Shown here: positions 47,792 through 58,655 of the stretch, in pieces
How positions within the stretch are numbered: the first letter of the stretch is position 1
Layout: every line of letters starts with the position of its first letter
Source: an uncultured Gemmatimonadales bacterium
GTDB lineage: Bacteria > Gemmatimonadota > Gemmatimonadetes > Longimicrobiales > RSA9
DNA length: 64,000 bases
Assembly: GCA_963798845.1 (NCBI GenBank)
Contig: CAWCUS010000005.1
Span: 128,001 to 192,000, forward strand
Direction of reading: 5' to 3'
Notes under the pieces: generated by a model
Databases searched by the model: none
Told to the model about the DNA's origin: nothing
What the model saw: the letters and a program-made list of their open reading frames with translations, nothing else
Position numbers and translations under genes: made by a program

Positions 47792-48813
47792 GAGAACTGC
47801 TCCAGGAAACGGGTGTCGCCCTCGTACCACATGCGGATGTCCGGGACGCCGTACACCAGGATGGCGATGCGGCCGGGGCCCATGCCGAACGCGAACCCCG
47901 TGTACCGCTCGGGGTCGTAGCCCACGTTCTCGAACACGGCGGGATCCACCATGCCCGCTCCCATGATCTCCAGCCACCCCGTCCCCTTGCAGGTGCTGCA
48001 GCCCTTCCCGCCGCAGATCGCGCACGTCACGTCCACCTCGGCGCTCGGCTCCGTGAACGGGAAGAAGGAGGGCCGGAAGCGCGTGCGCGTGCCACTCCCG
48101 AAGAGCTTGCGGGCGAACTCGCTCAGCGTCGCCTTCAGGTCCACCAGCGTGATCCCCTCGTCCACCACGAGCCCTTCGATCTGCTCGAACGCGGGCGCGT
48201 GCGACGGGTCCCATGGATCGCGCCGGTAGACCAGCCCCGGCGCCAGGATGCGGATCGGGGGCTCGTGCGCCAGCATGGTCCGCACCTGCACGGGCGAGGT
48301 GTGGCTTCGCAGGAGAACGCCGTCGCCCAGGTAGAACGTGTCGCCCGGTGCCGCGGCCGGGTGGTCGAGCGGCGTGTTCAGAGCCTCGAAGTTGTGCCAG
48401 TCCGTCTCGGCCTCGGGGCCCGTGGCCCGGACGAAGCCCATGTCGCGGAAAATGCCATGGATCTCGTCCATCACCTGCGTCACGGGGTGCCTCGCCCCCC
48501 GCCAGTGGCGCCGGCCCGGGAGCGTGAGGTCCAGCGACGGACCGGCAGCGGTGGCGCCGGCCAGCTCCGCTTCCCTCGCCTCCAGCAGCGCTGTCACCAC
48601 GGCCTTGACCTCGTTCGCCCGCTTCCCCACCGCGGGTCGCTCCTCGGGCGGCATCTCGCCAAGCCGCCGCAGGATGGCCGTGAGGCGCCCGTCCTTGCGC
48701 CCCAGCAGCTCCACCCGCAGCCCTTCGAGGGCCGCCGCGTCGGCGGCTTCGGCCACCTGGCCGCGGGCCGTCCTCTCCAGCGCGTCCAGCGCTTCGATCA
48801 ACTCGCTCGCCAT
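47788..48813 (-). CDS. pheS: Phenylalanine-tRNA ligase alpha subunit
   Basis: LRSHTSPVQ, FRPSFFPFTEPSAE, CxxC..CxxC insert, GFAFGMG. Confidence 0.96.
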   Translation of the reverse strand: MASELIEALDALERTARGQVAEAADAAALEGLRVELLGRKDGRLTAILRRLGEMPPEERPAVGKRANEVKAVVTALLEAREAELAGATAAGPSLDLTLPGRRHWRGARHPVTQVMDEIHGIFRDMGFVRATGPEAETDWHNFEALNTPLDHPAAAPGDTFYLGDGVLLRSHTSPVQVRTMLAHEPPIRILAPGLVYRRDPWDPSHAPAFEQIEGLVVDEGITLVDLKATLSEFARKLFGSGTRTRFRPSFFPFTEPSAEVDVTCAICGGKGCSTCKGTGWLEIMGAGMVDPAVFENVGYDPERYTGFAFGMGPGRIAILVYGVPDIRMWYEGDTRFLEQFS

Positions 48814-48896
48814 TCCACGTCCCCGAAATCGAATCGCCCCCCGGCCCGTTGCTCGAGCCGAGGGGCGAAGGTGCTGTTCCGAAACAGCAATCGCAA

Positions 48897-49253
48897 CTAG
48901 TCGAGCTGAGCCTTGGCCTGCGTCACCAGCTCTCCGAAGGCTTCCGGCTCGCGCACCGCGAGGTCCGCCAGGACTTTCCGGTTCACCTCGATCCCCGCCC
49001 GCTTCAGGCCGTTCATGAACCGGCTGTAGCTGAGGTCGTGCTGGCGCGCCGCGGCGTTTATCCGCGAGATCCACAGGCGGCGGAACTCGCGCTTCTTGTT
49101 CTTCCGGTCACGGTACGAGTACTGCCAGCCGCGCTCCACCGCGTTCTTTGCGATGCGCCATAGCTTCGACCGCCCGCCGAAATAACCGCGGGCCGCCCGG
49201 AAATACTTCTTCTTCTTGCGGTGTCTCGACACCGCGTTCGTTGATCTCGGCAT
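48897..49253 (-). CDS. rplT: 50S ribosomal protein L20
   Basis: YRDRKNKKREFRRLWISRINAA, NRKVLADLA. Confidence 0.97.
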   Translation of the reverse strand: MPRSTNAVSRHRKKKKYFRAARGYFGGRSKLWRIAKNAVERGWQYSYRDRKNKKREFRRLWISRINAAARQHDLSYSRFMNGLKRAGIEVNRKVLADLAVREPEAFGELVTQAKAQLD

Positions 49254-49257
49254 TCCA

Positions 49258-49452
49258 CTACCCCTGCAGCAGGCGCTTCATGCGCTTCTCGTCCGCCTTC
49301 GACACGAGCGTGGGCGCACGCAGATGGCGCTTCCGCTTCCGATCCTTCTTGGTAAGGATGTGCCGGCGGTTCTGCTTCCCACGCTTCAGCCGACCGCTCG
49401 CCGTACGCTTCAGACGCTTCGCCGCGCCCTTGTTCGTCTTCATCTTCGGCAT
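49258..49452 (-). CDS. rpmI: 50S ribosomal protein L35
   Basis: [21 protein letters not shown]. Confidence 0.97.
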   Translation of the reverse strand: MPKMKTNKGAAKRLKRTASGRLKRGKQNRRHILTKKDRKRKRHLRAPTLVSKADEKRMKRLLQG

Positions 49453-49469
49453 TGCCTACCTCCCTCGCT

Positions 49470-49985
<516 letters not shown>

Positions 49986-50009
49986 CGCTTTGCTCTCCTG
50001 TGACGGACG

Positions 50010-50184
50010 AAAAAAAGGACCCGCTCTCACGGGTCCACGGCTGCACCCTGCCCGGGTGGGCAAGGCGGCCTGTGAACCCGGCGGTACCGCGGAGCGGACC
50101 GAAAGGTGGAGGGGCGGCCAAGCTGCACCCTCGCTTCCTCAGTTTTCCGGGGCGAAGTATAGGGCCTGCGGCCCGGGGGGTCAA
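50010..50184 (-). promoter_or_regulatory. infC promoter plus structured leader with intrinsic terminator (L20-leader-like attenuator)
   Basis: TTGACC-17-TATACT (50156-50184); terminator GGACCCG-TGAGAG-CGGGTCC-T7 (50010-50036) before the infC RBS. Confidence 0.7.
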
Positions 50185-50238
50185 CGGCCCCCTCCACGCG
50201 AGGCCCGGGACGCGCGAGGATCGCAGGCGCGGCGTCTC

Positions 50239-52176
50239 CTACAACGCCTTGGACCCGATCTCGTCGCGCAGCTGTCCCAGGAAGTCTTCGCGACCGAGCA
50301 CGTCCTGCTTCTTCCCCGCGCCGTGCTTGCGCACGGCGACGGTCCCGGCCTCCACCTCTCGCTGCCCGACCACCGCAAGGTACGGCACCTTCTGCGTCTC
50401 GCCGTCGCGGATCTTGTAGCTCAGCGTCTCGGAGCGGTCGTCCAGAGTCGCCCGGACGCCGGCGTCCCGCAGCCGGTCGGCGAACGCGCGGGCATCGTCG
50501 GCCTGGTCATCCGTGATCGGGAGGACGCGCACCTGCTCGGGCGCCAGCCAGAGCGGGAAAGCGCCCGCGAAGTGCTCGATCAGGATGGCGATGAAGCGCT
50601 CGAGGGAGCCGAAGATCGCCCGGTGTATCACCACCGGCCGGTGCGGGTGGTTGTCCTCCCCCGTGTACTCCAGCTCGAAGCGTTCGGGCGCGGCGTAGTC
50701 GAGCTGGATCGTGCCCAGCTGCCAGCTCCGGCCTATTGCGTCCACCACGTCGAAGTCGATCTTGGGGCCGTAGAACGCGCCATCGCCCTCCTTGAGGTCG
50801 TACTCCAGGCCCAGCCCCTCCAGGGCATTGCGCAGCCCCGCCTCCGCCCGGTCCCACATCTCGTCGGTGCCGATGCGCTGCTCCGGGCGCGTGGCGAATT
50901 TCTTCGTATAGCTCAACCCCAGCGTCCCGTAGAAGTAGTCGATGAGCTCCACAAGCCGACGGACCTCATCGGCGATCTGCTCTTCCGTGATGAAGATGTG
51001 GGCATCGTCCTGCTGGAACTGGCGCACGCGCGTGAGCCCCGAGAGCGCGCCCGTGATCTCGTTCCGGTGCAGCACGTCCTGCGTGGCGAAGCGGAGCGGC
51101 AGCTCGCGGTAGGAGTGCGCGCGCGACTTGTAGAGAAGGTAATGGGACGGGCAGTTCATCGGCTTCATGCCGAAGTCGTGCTCGCCCGACTCCCTGTCGA
51201 GCACCAGGAACATGTTGTCCTGGTACTTGCCCCAGTGCCCCGAGAGCTCCCACAGCGCCTTGTTGTACAGCAGCGGCGTCTTGACCTGCTGGTAGCCGTT
51301 CTCCGCCAGGACGTCCCGCATCCACTCCACCAGGGCGTGGTAGATGGTCGTGCCGCGATCCGTCCAGAACGGAGCGCCGGGTGCCCATGGATGGAACATG
51401 AAGAGGTCCAGCTCGCGTCCCAGCTTCCGATGGTCCCGCCGCTTCGCCTCCTCCAACCGGACCAGGTACTCCTGGAGGTCCGCCTCCGTGAACCAGGCGG
51501 TGCCGTAGATGCGCTGGAGCATCTGCCGCTTCTCGTCCCCGCGCCAGTACGCCCCGGCCGTGGACAGCAGCTTGAAATGCGCAACCTCTCCCGTCGCGGG
51601 CACGTGCGGACCGCGGCACAGGTCGAGGAACGGTCCGTTCCGGTAAATCGTGATGACCTCGTCGTCGCCGAGCTCCTCGAGCCGCTCCAGCTTGAGCGGG
51701 TCGTCCGCGAACAGCGCCCTGGCCTCTGCCTTCCCGACCACGCGCCGCTCGAACGGAGAGTCCTCGCCGGCGACCTCTCGCATCGCCGTCTCGATCTGCG
51801 CCAGTTCCTCCGGGGTGAACGGCTCGTCCACCTCGAAGTCGTAGTAGAAGCCGTTCTCAATGGCGGGGCCGAACCCGATGCCGGCGCCCGGGCGAACTTT
51901 CCGGACCGCCGTGGCCAGCACGTGCGCGGCCGAGTGGCGCAGCACCTCGAGCGCCTCCGGGCTGCGCCGCGTGATGATCTCCAGCGCTGCGTCCCGCTCC
52001 AGCGGGCGCCCGAGGTCCACGACCTCGCCGTCCACCTTCGCCGCCAGCGCGGCGCGGGCCAGCCCTGGACCGATCCGTTCGGCAACGTCCCGGGCCGTCG
52101 CCCCACGCGGGACCTCCAGCGCCTTGCCGTCCGGCAGTCGGACGCGGATCACACCCTCTTCCGTTCCCTTCATCAC
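50239..52176 (-). CDS. thrS: Threonine-tRNA ligase
   Basis: TGS domain, RHSAAH, DLCRGPH, RDHRKLG, KPMNCP, GAFYGPKID, IHRAIFGS; start GTG 52176 or ATG 52173. Confidence 0.97.
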   Translation of the reverse strand: MMKGTEEGVIRVRLPDGKALEVPRGATARDVAERIGPGLARAALAAKVDGEVVDLGRPLERDAALEIITRRSPEALEVLRHSAAHVLATAVRKVRPGAGIGFGPAIENGFYYDFEVDEPFTPEELAQIETAMREVAGEDSPFERRVVGKAEARALFADDPLKLERLEELGDDEVITIYRNGPFLDLCRGPHVPATGEVAHFKLLSTAGAYWRGDEKRQMLQRIYGTAWFTEADLQEYLVRLEEAKRRDHRKLGRELDLFMFHPWAPGAPFWTDRGTTIYHALVEWMRDVLAENGYQQVKTPLLYNKALWELSGHWGKYQDNMFLVLDRESGEHDFGMKPMNCPSHYLLYKSRAHSYRELPLRFATQDVLHRNEITGALSGLTRVRQFQQDDAHIFITEEQIADEVRRLVELIDYFYGTLGLSYTKKFATRPEQRIGTDEMWDRAEAGLRNALEGLGLEYDLKEGDGAFYGPKIDFDVVDAIGRSWQLGTIQLDYAAPERFELEYTGEDNHPHRPVVIHRAIFGSLERFIAILIEHFAGAFPLWLAPEQVRVLPITDDQADDARAFADRLRDAGVRATLDDRSETLSYKIRDGETQKVPYLAVVGQREVEAGTVAVRKHGAGKKQDVLGREDFLGQLRDEIGSKAL

Positions 52177-52300
52177 TCGCTCCGCTCTCTTTCAGGCACC
52201 CGCCCACGCCAATCCAGCCGACCTGCCAACGACGCCGCCCGTCCACGCCGCTCCCGGCGGCCGGCCGCGACCGGCTTCCACCGCCATCCGACAGCGCCGG

Positions 52301-52337
52301 AAATGGAAACGGCCCCTCCGCGCGCCGGAGAGGCCGT
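52301..52337 (-). terminator. Attenuator terminator hairpin upstream of thrS
   Basis: ACGGCCTCTCCG-GCGCG-CGGAGGGGCCGT-TTCCATTT: 12-bp stem with an interrupted U tract. Confidence 0.7.
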
Positions 52338-52357
52338 CCGTCGGACGCGGGCGCCGG

Positions 52358-52444
52358 TTACGCCCGCAACGGGACAGACCTCCCCCGCGCTCCCGTGGCG
52401 CGCGAGGTGGTGGTCTCGGTGGAGACAGGCGTCGTTTCCCGCAT
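52358..52444 (-). CDS. Thr-rich leader peptide (28 aa) of thrS
   Basis: ATG..TAA ORF MRETTPVSTETTTSRATGARGRSVPLRA with 7 Thr codons in the first 17; not in the ORF track. Confidence 0.75.
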   Translation of the reverse strand: MRETTPVSTETTTSRATGARGRSVPLRA

Positions 52445-52450
52445 GCGGAT

Positions 52451-52480
52451 ACCATAGCCCCGCTGCCGCGGTGGCGTCAA
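52451..52480 (-). promoter_or_regulatory. Sigma70-type promoter giving a leaderless leader-peptide transcript
   Basis: TTGACG-18bp-TATGGT, then 6 nt, then the ATG of the leader peptide. Confidence 0.7.
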
Positions 52481-52625
52481 TGCGCGCCGCCGTCCGGCAT
52501 GTCCATTGCCTCGCGTCGACACGCGAATGCCACGCCGACGGCTTTTCGCCGCGCTCCCGTGGCTCTAGCTTTGGGAGTTCTCTTGCACAACCGCACTACC
52601 CCGGACAGAGGCTGACCCGTTGACG

Positions 52626-54689
52626 ATGACGTTGTTCGAACGCCTGCAGGATCTCGCCTACAACCTGCGGTGGGACTGGCACCGTCCCACACGTCGGCTC
52701 TTCTGTGAGCTCGACCCCGAGCTGTGGGAGCGCACGAGCCACAATCCCGTGGCGCTCCTGCGCCGTCTCGATCCGGCCGCGCCGCCGCCCGTGGACCGCC
52801 TGGAAGAGCGCGTCGACGACCTGTGGCGGGACCTCCACGACTATCTGGGCGCGCGCGACACATGGTATGGTCCCCCCGAAGAGCCAATGGACCGCCCCCT
52901 CGTCGCATATTTCTCGGCCGAGTACGGCCTGACGGAGTGCCTCCGGATCTACTCCGGCGGGCTCGGCATCCTCGCGGGCGACCACCTGAAGGCCGCCAGC
53001 GACCTGGGCCTCCCCCTCGTTGCCGTCGGGCTCCTCTATCGGGAGGGCTATTTCACCCAGCACGTGGATGCCGGTGGCCGCCAGCACGAGACCTTCCCGG
53101 CCGCGGACTTCGACGACCTCCCCCTGCACCCTGTGCACCGCAGGGACGGCTCGCGAATGCGAATCACCGTGCCGTTCCCGGGCCGGCCGCTCACGGCGGC
53201 GGTGTGGCGCGCGGACGTCGGTCGTGTCGCGCTCTACCTGCTCGACACCGACCTCCCCGAGAACGCTCCGGCCGACCGGGGGATCACCTCCCGGCTCTAT
53301 GGCGGAGACCAGGAGCTGCGGATCGCCCAGGAGATCATGCTGGGGATCGGCGGATACCGCGCCCTCTCGGCCATGCGGGTGAAGCCCCGCTCGTTCCACA
53401 TGAACGAGGGTCACTCCGCCTTCCTCGCCATCGAGCTCGTGCGCGACCTCATGATGGCCGAAGGTCTGGGCTTTGCCGCCGCTGTCGAAACGGCGCGAGA
53501 GCGCAACATCTTCACCACGCACACACCCGTTCCGGCAGGTCACGACCGCTTCGCACCGGCTCTCATGGAGCAGCACTTCGGTGCGATCGCTGCGGCGATG
53601 GGGATTTCCGTGACGGATCTCCTCGGCCTCGGCCGCGTGGATCCCGGTGACGAGGCGGAGCCGTTCACCATGACGGTGCTGGCGCTGCGCCTGGCCGCGC
53701 AGGCCAACGGCGTGAGCGCCGTCCACGGGCAGGTGTCGCGCGAGATGTGGCGGCCGCTCTGGCCCGACCGCGGCGTCGACCGCGTCCCGATCGGACACAT
53801 CACGAACGGCGTCCACCTCCCCAGCTGGGTCCACCCCGACATAGCCGCGACCTGGGGCAATGTCGCGCCGGCCCAGCTCGGCGTGGACGAGCGCGCCCCC
53901 AGCCTCGATCCGGCCACGCTCTGGGCCGCCCACCAGCAGAGGCGGCACCGGCTCGTCCACTACGTCAGGGAGCGCACGGGCGTGGAGCTCAGCCCGGAGG
54001 CGCTCACCATCGGCTTCGCGCGGCGCTTCGCCACCTACAAGCGCGCCACCCTCCTCTTCCAGGACCCGGACCGGCTCGCCCGTCTCCTGTCCGATCCCGA
54101 GCGTCCGGTCCAGCTCATCTTCGGGGGCAAGGCCCATCCGAAGGACCAGGGCGGGAAGGCGCTCATCCGACGGATCCTGGAAGCATCCCAGGAGGAACGC
54201 TTCCGCAACCGGATCGTCTTCCTCCCCGGCTACGGGATCGACCTGGCGCGCGTCCTGGTGCAGGGCGCCGACGTCTGGCTGAACAACCCACGCCGTCCGC
54301 TGGAGGCCAGCGGGACCAGCGGGATGAAGGCCGCGGCCAACGGGGTGCTGAACGTCAGCATCCTGGACGGGTGGTGGGACGAGGCATGGAGCGCCAGCGA
54401 GGGGCAGGACACCAGGCCGGGCTGGGCCATCGCCAGCGATGACGCCGCAGGCTCACCCGAGGCGGTGGACGAGCTCGACTACCAGGCTCTCTTCGCGCTG
54501 CTCGAGGAGGAGGTCGTACCCGCCTTCTACCACCGCGACGAGAGCGGCGCTCCGGCGGAATGGACGGCGCGAATGGTGGCGAGCGTCGCGACGATCGCGC
54601 CCGTCTTCAACACGAACCGGATGGTCCGCCAGTACGCAGAGCGCTACCGCCAGGCCGCCGAGCTCGCTGCCGTCGGCCGCGATCGCTGA
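52626..54689 (+). CDS. glgP: Alpha-glucan (glycogen/maltodextrin) phosphorylase
   Basis: YFSAEYGL, YSGGLGILAGDHLK, NEGH, FTTHTPVPAGHD, GFARRFATYKR, EASGTSGMK (PLP Lys). Confidence 0.94.
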   Translation: MTLFERLQDLAYNLRWDWHRPTRRLFCELDPELWERTSHNPVALLRRLDPAAPPPVDRLEERVDDLWRDLHDYLGARDTWYGPPEEPMDRPLVAYFSAEYGLTECLRIYSGGLGILAGDHLKAASDLGLPLVAVGLLYREGYFTQHVDAGGRQHETFPAADFDDLPLHPVHRRDGSRMRITVPFPGRPLTAAVWRADVGRVALYLLDTDLPENAPADRGITSRLYGGDQELRIAQEIMLGIGGYRALSAMRVKPRSFHMNEGHSAFLAIELVRDLMMAEGLGFAAAVETARERNIFTTHTPVPAGHDRFAPALMEQHFGAIAAAMGISVTDLLGLGRVDPGDEAEPFTMTVLALRLAAQANGVSAVHGQVSREMWRPLWPDRGVDRVPIGHITNGVHLPSWVHPDIAATWGNVAPAQLGVDERAPSLDPATLWAAHQQRRHRLVHYVRERTGVELSPEALTIGFARRFATYKRATLLFQDPDRLARLLSDPERPVQLIFGGKAHPKDQGGKALIRRILEASQEERFRNRIVFLPGYGIDLARVLVQGADVWLNNPRRPLEASGTSGMKAAANGVLNVSILDGWWDEAWSASEGQDTRPGWAIASDDAAGSPEAVDELDYQALFALLEEEVVPAFYHRDESGAPAEWTARMVASVATIAPVFNTNRMVRQYAERYRQAAELAAVGRDR

Positions 54690-54738
54690 CGCCGCCGCGC
54701 GCACGACCGCCCGCCTCCGGCCTCCTCCCACGAACGAG

Positions 54739-54776
54739 ATCGGGCCCCTCCCGCGGCGTCGCGGGAGGGGCCCGAT
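54739..54776. terminator. Hairpin between the convergent glgP and groL genes
   Basis: ATCGGGCCCCTCCCGCG-GCGT-CGCGGGAGGGGCCCGAT, a 17-bp inverted repeat. Confidence 0.75.
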
Positions 54777-54800
54777 TCCGTACTGCCGTGCAGCGGGCGA

Positions 54801-56450
<1,650 letters not shown>

Positions 56451-56497
56451 TTACCCTATCTCTGGTTAGCCTTCTGTTCCCGAAATGCCCGGGCCGC

Positions 56498-56803
56498 TCA
56501 GCCGATCACCGCCAACACGTCCGACTCCCGCAGGATCAGGAACTGCTCCCCGCCCACGGTCACTTCCGTGCCGCTGTACTTCCCGTACAGCACCTTGTCG
56601 CCCTTGCTGAGCTCCATCTTGATCTGCTTCCCCTCGTCGCTCACGCGACCAGGGCCCACCGCCACGATCTCCCCCTGCTGGGGCTTCTCCTTCGCTGTGT
56701 CCGGGATGTACAGCCCGCCCCGCATCTCTTCGCTCTCATCGAGCGGCCTCACGACCACACGGTCCGCCAGCGGCTTGATGTTCACCGCGGAAGCAGTGGG
56801 CAT
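56498..56803 (-). CDS. groS: Co-chaperonin GroES
   Basis: [36 protein letters not shown] 56803 after GGAG. Confidence 0.97.
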   Translation of the reverse strand: MPTASAVNIKPLADRVVVRPLDESEEMRGGLYIPDTAKEKPQQGEIVAVGPGRVSDEGKQIKMELSKGDKVLYGKYSGTEVTVGGEQFLILRESDVLAVIG

Positions 56804-56849
56804 GGATCTCCTCCGTTCGTGGTTCGATGATTCGCTCCGGCGTCTTCTG

Positions 56850-56876
56850 CTAGCACTCGCATGCATCGAGTGCTAA
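56850..56876 (-). promoter_or_regulatory. CIRCE element (HrcA operator)
   Basis: TTAGCACTC-gatgcatgc-GAGTGCTAG, matching TTAGCACTC-N9-GAGTGCTAA. Confidence 0.93.
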
Positions 56877-56887
56877 CAAACGCGCCA

Positions 56888-56916
56888 AGAGTAGGCGGGC
56901 GCTCGACCCGCGTCAA
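56888..56916 (-). promoter_or_regulatory. Sigma70-type promoter of groESL
   Basis: TTGACG-17bp-TACTCT just upstream of CIRCE. Confidence 0.75.
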
Positions 56917-57032
56917 GGCCCGCTCACGGACGCACTCCCCGTGCAGAGCTCATGCCCCGCCGGACTGTCAGGTTGGCGGCGCCGGCCCGTCGAAGTGACA
57001 GGAGGAGAGCCGATGCCCCTGGCCGGGAGCCG

Positions 57033-57812
57033 TCAGGGGGTGCCGGTGGCCTTCATCTCCTGCCACGCGATGCGGAGACCGTGCAGGGTGAGAAAGGGCT
57101 CGACGCGGTCGATGGTGCGGCAATGGGGTGCGAGAAGAGGGGCGAGGCCGCCGGTGGCGACGACGAGGGGGTGGTTTCCCCATTCCTCGGTGATGCGGCG
57201 GACGATGCCGTCGATGGACTCGACAGCGCCGAAGAAGATGCCGCTGCGGAGGGCGGTGTCGGTGCGGCGTCCGATGACGCGGGCGGGTGGCTCGAGGTCG
57301 ACGCGGGGGAGCCGTGCAGTGCGACGAGTGAGGGTTTCGGCACCCGTCTGGATGCCGGGGGCGATGACGCCGCCGATGAAGACGCCGTCGCCGGAGATGC
57401 AGTCGAAGGTGGTGGCGGTTCCCAGGTCGACGACAATGGTGTCGGTGTGGAAGAGGCGTGCGGCGGCCAGGGTATTGGCGATGCGGTCGGCGCCGACACT
57501 GAGGGGCTCGTCCACGTCGAGACGGATGGGCAGGTCGGAGGCGGGGTCGATGACGAGGGTGCCGCAGGCGAGGTGCCGCTCGCAGGCGCCGAGCGCGGCG
57601 GGCGTGACCGGCGGGACCACGGAGGCGATGGTGGCGCCGCGGATGTCGCCGGGCTCGATGGCCGCTTCTCGCAGGATCGCCCGGAGGAGGAGCCCGTACT
57701 CGTCGACGGTGCGCTCGGCGTGGGTGGAGACGCGCCAGTGGCTGACGAGCTCGGAGTCGCGGAAGATGCCGAGAACGGTTTCGGTGTTGCCGATGTCGAG
57801 CGTCAGGATCAT
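57033..57812 (-). CDS. coaX: Type III pantothenate kinase
   Basis: LDIGNT, ASVVP, VGADR, VDLGTATTFD, VATGG. Confidence 0.95.
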   Translation of the reverse strand: MILTLDIGNTETVLGIFRDSELVSHWRVSTHAERTVDEYGLLLRAILREAAIEPGDIRGATIASVVPPVTPAALGACERHLACGTLVIDPASDLPIRLDVDEPLSVGADRIANTLAAARLFHTDTIVVDLGTATTFDCISGDGVFIGGVIAPGIQTGAETLTRRTARLPRVDLEPPARVIGRRTDTALRSGIFFGAVESIDGIVRRITEEWGNHPLVVATGGLAPLLAPHCRTIDRVEPFLTLHGLRIAWQEMKATGTP

Positions 57813-58606
57813 GGGTTCGCCGGCTCGTCGGTGGTGCGTACGGTTCCGGAAAGTACGGTGCGGAAATGGCTCCCGACACGGGCGAGAAGGGCGCCCTCGG
57901 GAGAAACGCCGGCCGCGATGCCGGCGGGGACGTCGTCGACGGTGATGGCGTTTCCGAGGAGGGCGTCCCTGCGCGCGAAAGCGGCGAGCTCGTCGGGCGC
58001 CAGCCGTGCGGGATCGAGGGTGGCGGCGTGGCGCCAGGCGCGGACAACGGCGCCGGCGATCCGGGGGGTGGCCACGGCGGCGCCGGCGGCGGCGAGGGAG
58101 ATGGCGCTGCCGGCGAGCGCGGTTGGCCAGGCGTCGTCGGGCTGCGTCAGGTTGAGCCCGATCCCCGCGACAATGGAGAACCCCTCGCCCTCCTGGTACG
58201 CCCCTTCGCAGAGGATTCCGCCGAGCTTCCGCTCTCTCACGAGAAGGTCGTTGGGCCATTTGATCAGGACGGTGAGGGCGGCGGCGCGCTCGACGGCGGC
58301 GGCCGCCGCGAGCCCGAGGCGGAGCGTGAGCACGCCGGGCGAGTGCACATCCTGGTAGCGGAAGAGCATGGACAGGAGCAGGCTGTGGCCGGGGTGATCG
58401 GTCCAGCCTCGCCCGCGCCGGCCGCGCCCGGCGCTCTGGTGGTCCGCGATGATCGTGGTGCCCGCGGGGGCACCGGAGCCGGCGCGCTCCCGCAGCGCGT
58501 CGTTGGTGGAGGGGATCGCGGCGTGGATCTCGAGGCGCGGAACGCCCCAGGCGCGGCGCCACTCGGCGGCGGGGCGGCCATGCCAATCCACGGGCGGTGC
58601 GCTCAC
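57809..58606 (-). CDS. birA: Biotin-protein ligase (no N-terminal HTH)
   Basis: STND, QSAGRGRRGRGW, KWPND, KLGGIL, GIGLN. Confidence 0.92.
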   Translation of the reverse strand: MSAPPVDWHGRPAAEWRRAWGVPRLEIHAAIPSTNDALRERAGSGAPAGTTIIADHQSAGRGRRGRGWTDHPGHSLLLSMLFRYQDVHSPGVLTLRLGLAAAAAVERAAALTVLIKWPNDLLVRERKLGGILCEGAYQEGEGFSIVAGIGLNLTQPDDAWPTALAGSAISLAAAGAAVATPRIAGAVVRAWRHAATLDPARLAPDELAAFARRDALLGNAITVDDVPAGIAAGVSPEGALLARVGSHFRTVLSGTVRTTDEPANP

Positions 58607-58655
58607 GCCTCGGCCCTGCCGCGGCCGGCGGGGGCGGTGTGGGCGGACGCAGGGC

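Noticed and set aside
48814..48896. Possible pheM-like Phe leader peptide between rplT and pheS
   Set aside because: Two hairpins are present, but there is no ATG-initiated Phe-rich ORF. At most this is a weak terminator or processing site.
50075..50095. GGCGGTACCGCG resembling a T-box sequence
   Set aside because: It reads on the plus strand, antisense to infC and downstream of thrS; it is just a palindrome within the infC leader.
52177..52450. T-box riboswitch upstream of thrS
   Set aside because: No GGTGGNACCGCG T-box motif or Stem I elements on the sense strand; the leader-peptide model explains the region better.
52192..52455. 87-aa ORF upstream of thrS in the track
   Set aside because: Its start lies within the -10 box and it has no motif; the Thr-rich ORF in another frame fits the promoter and RNA structure.
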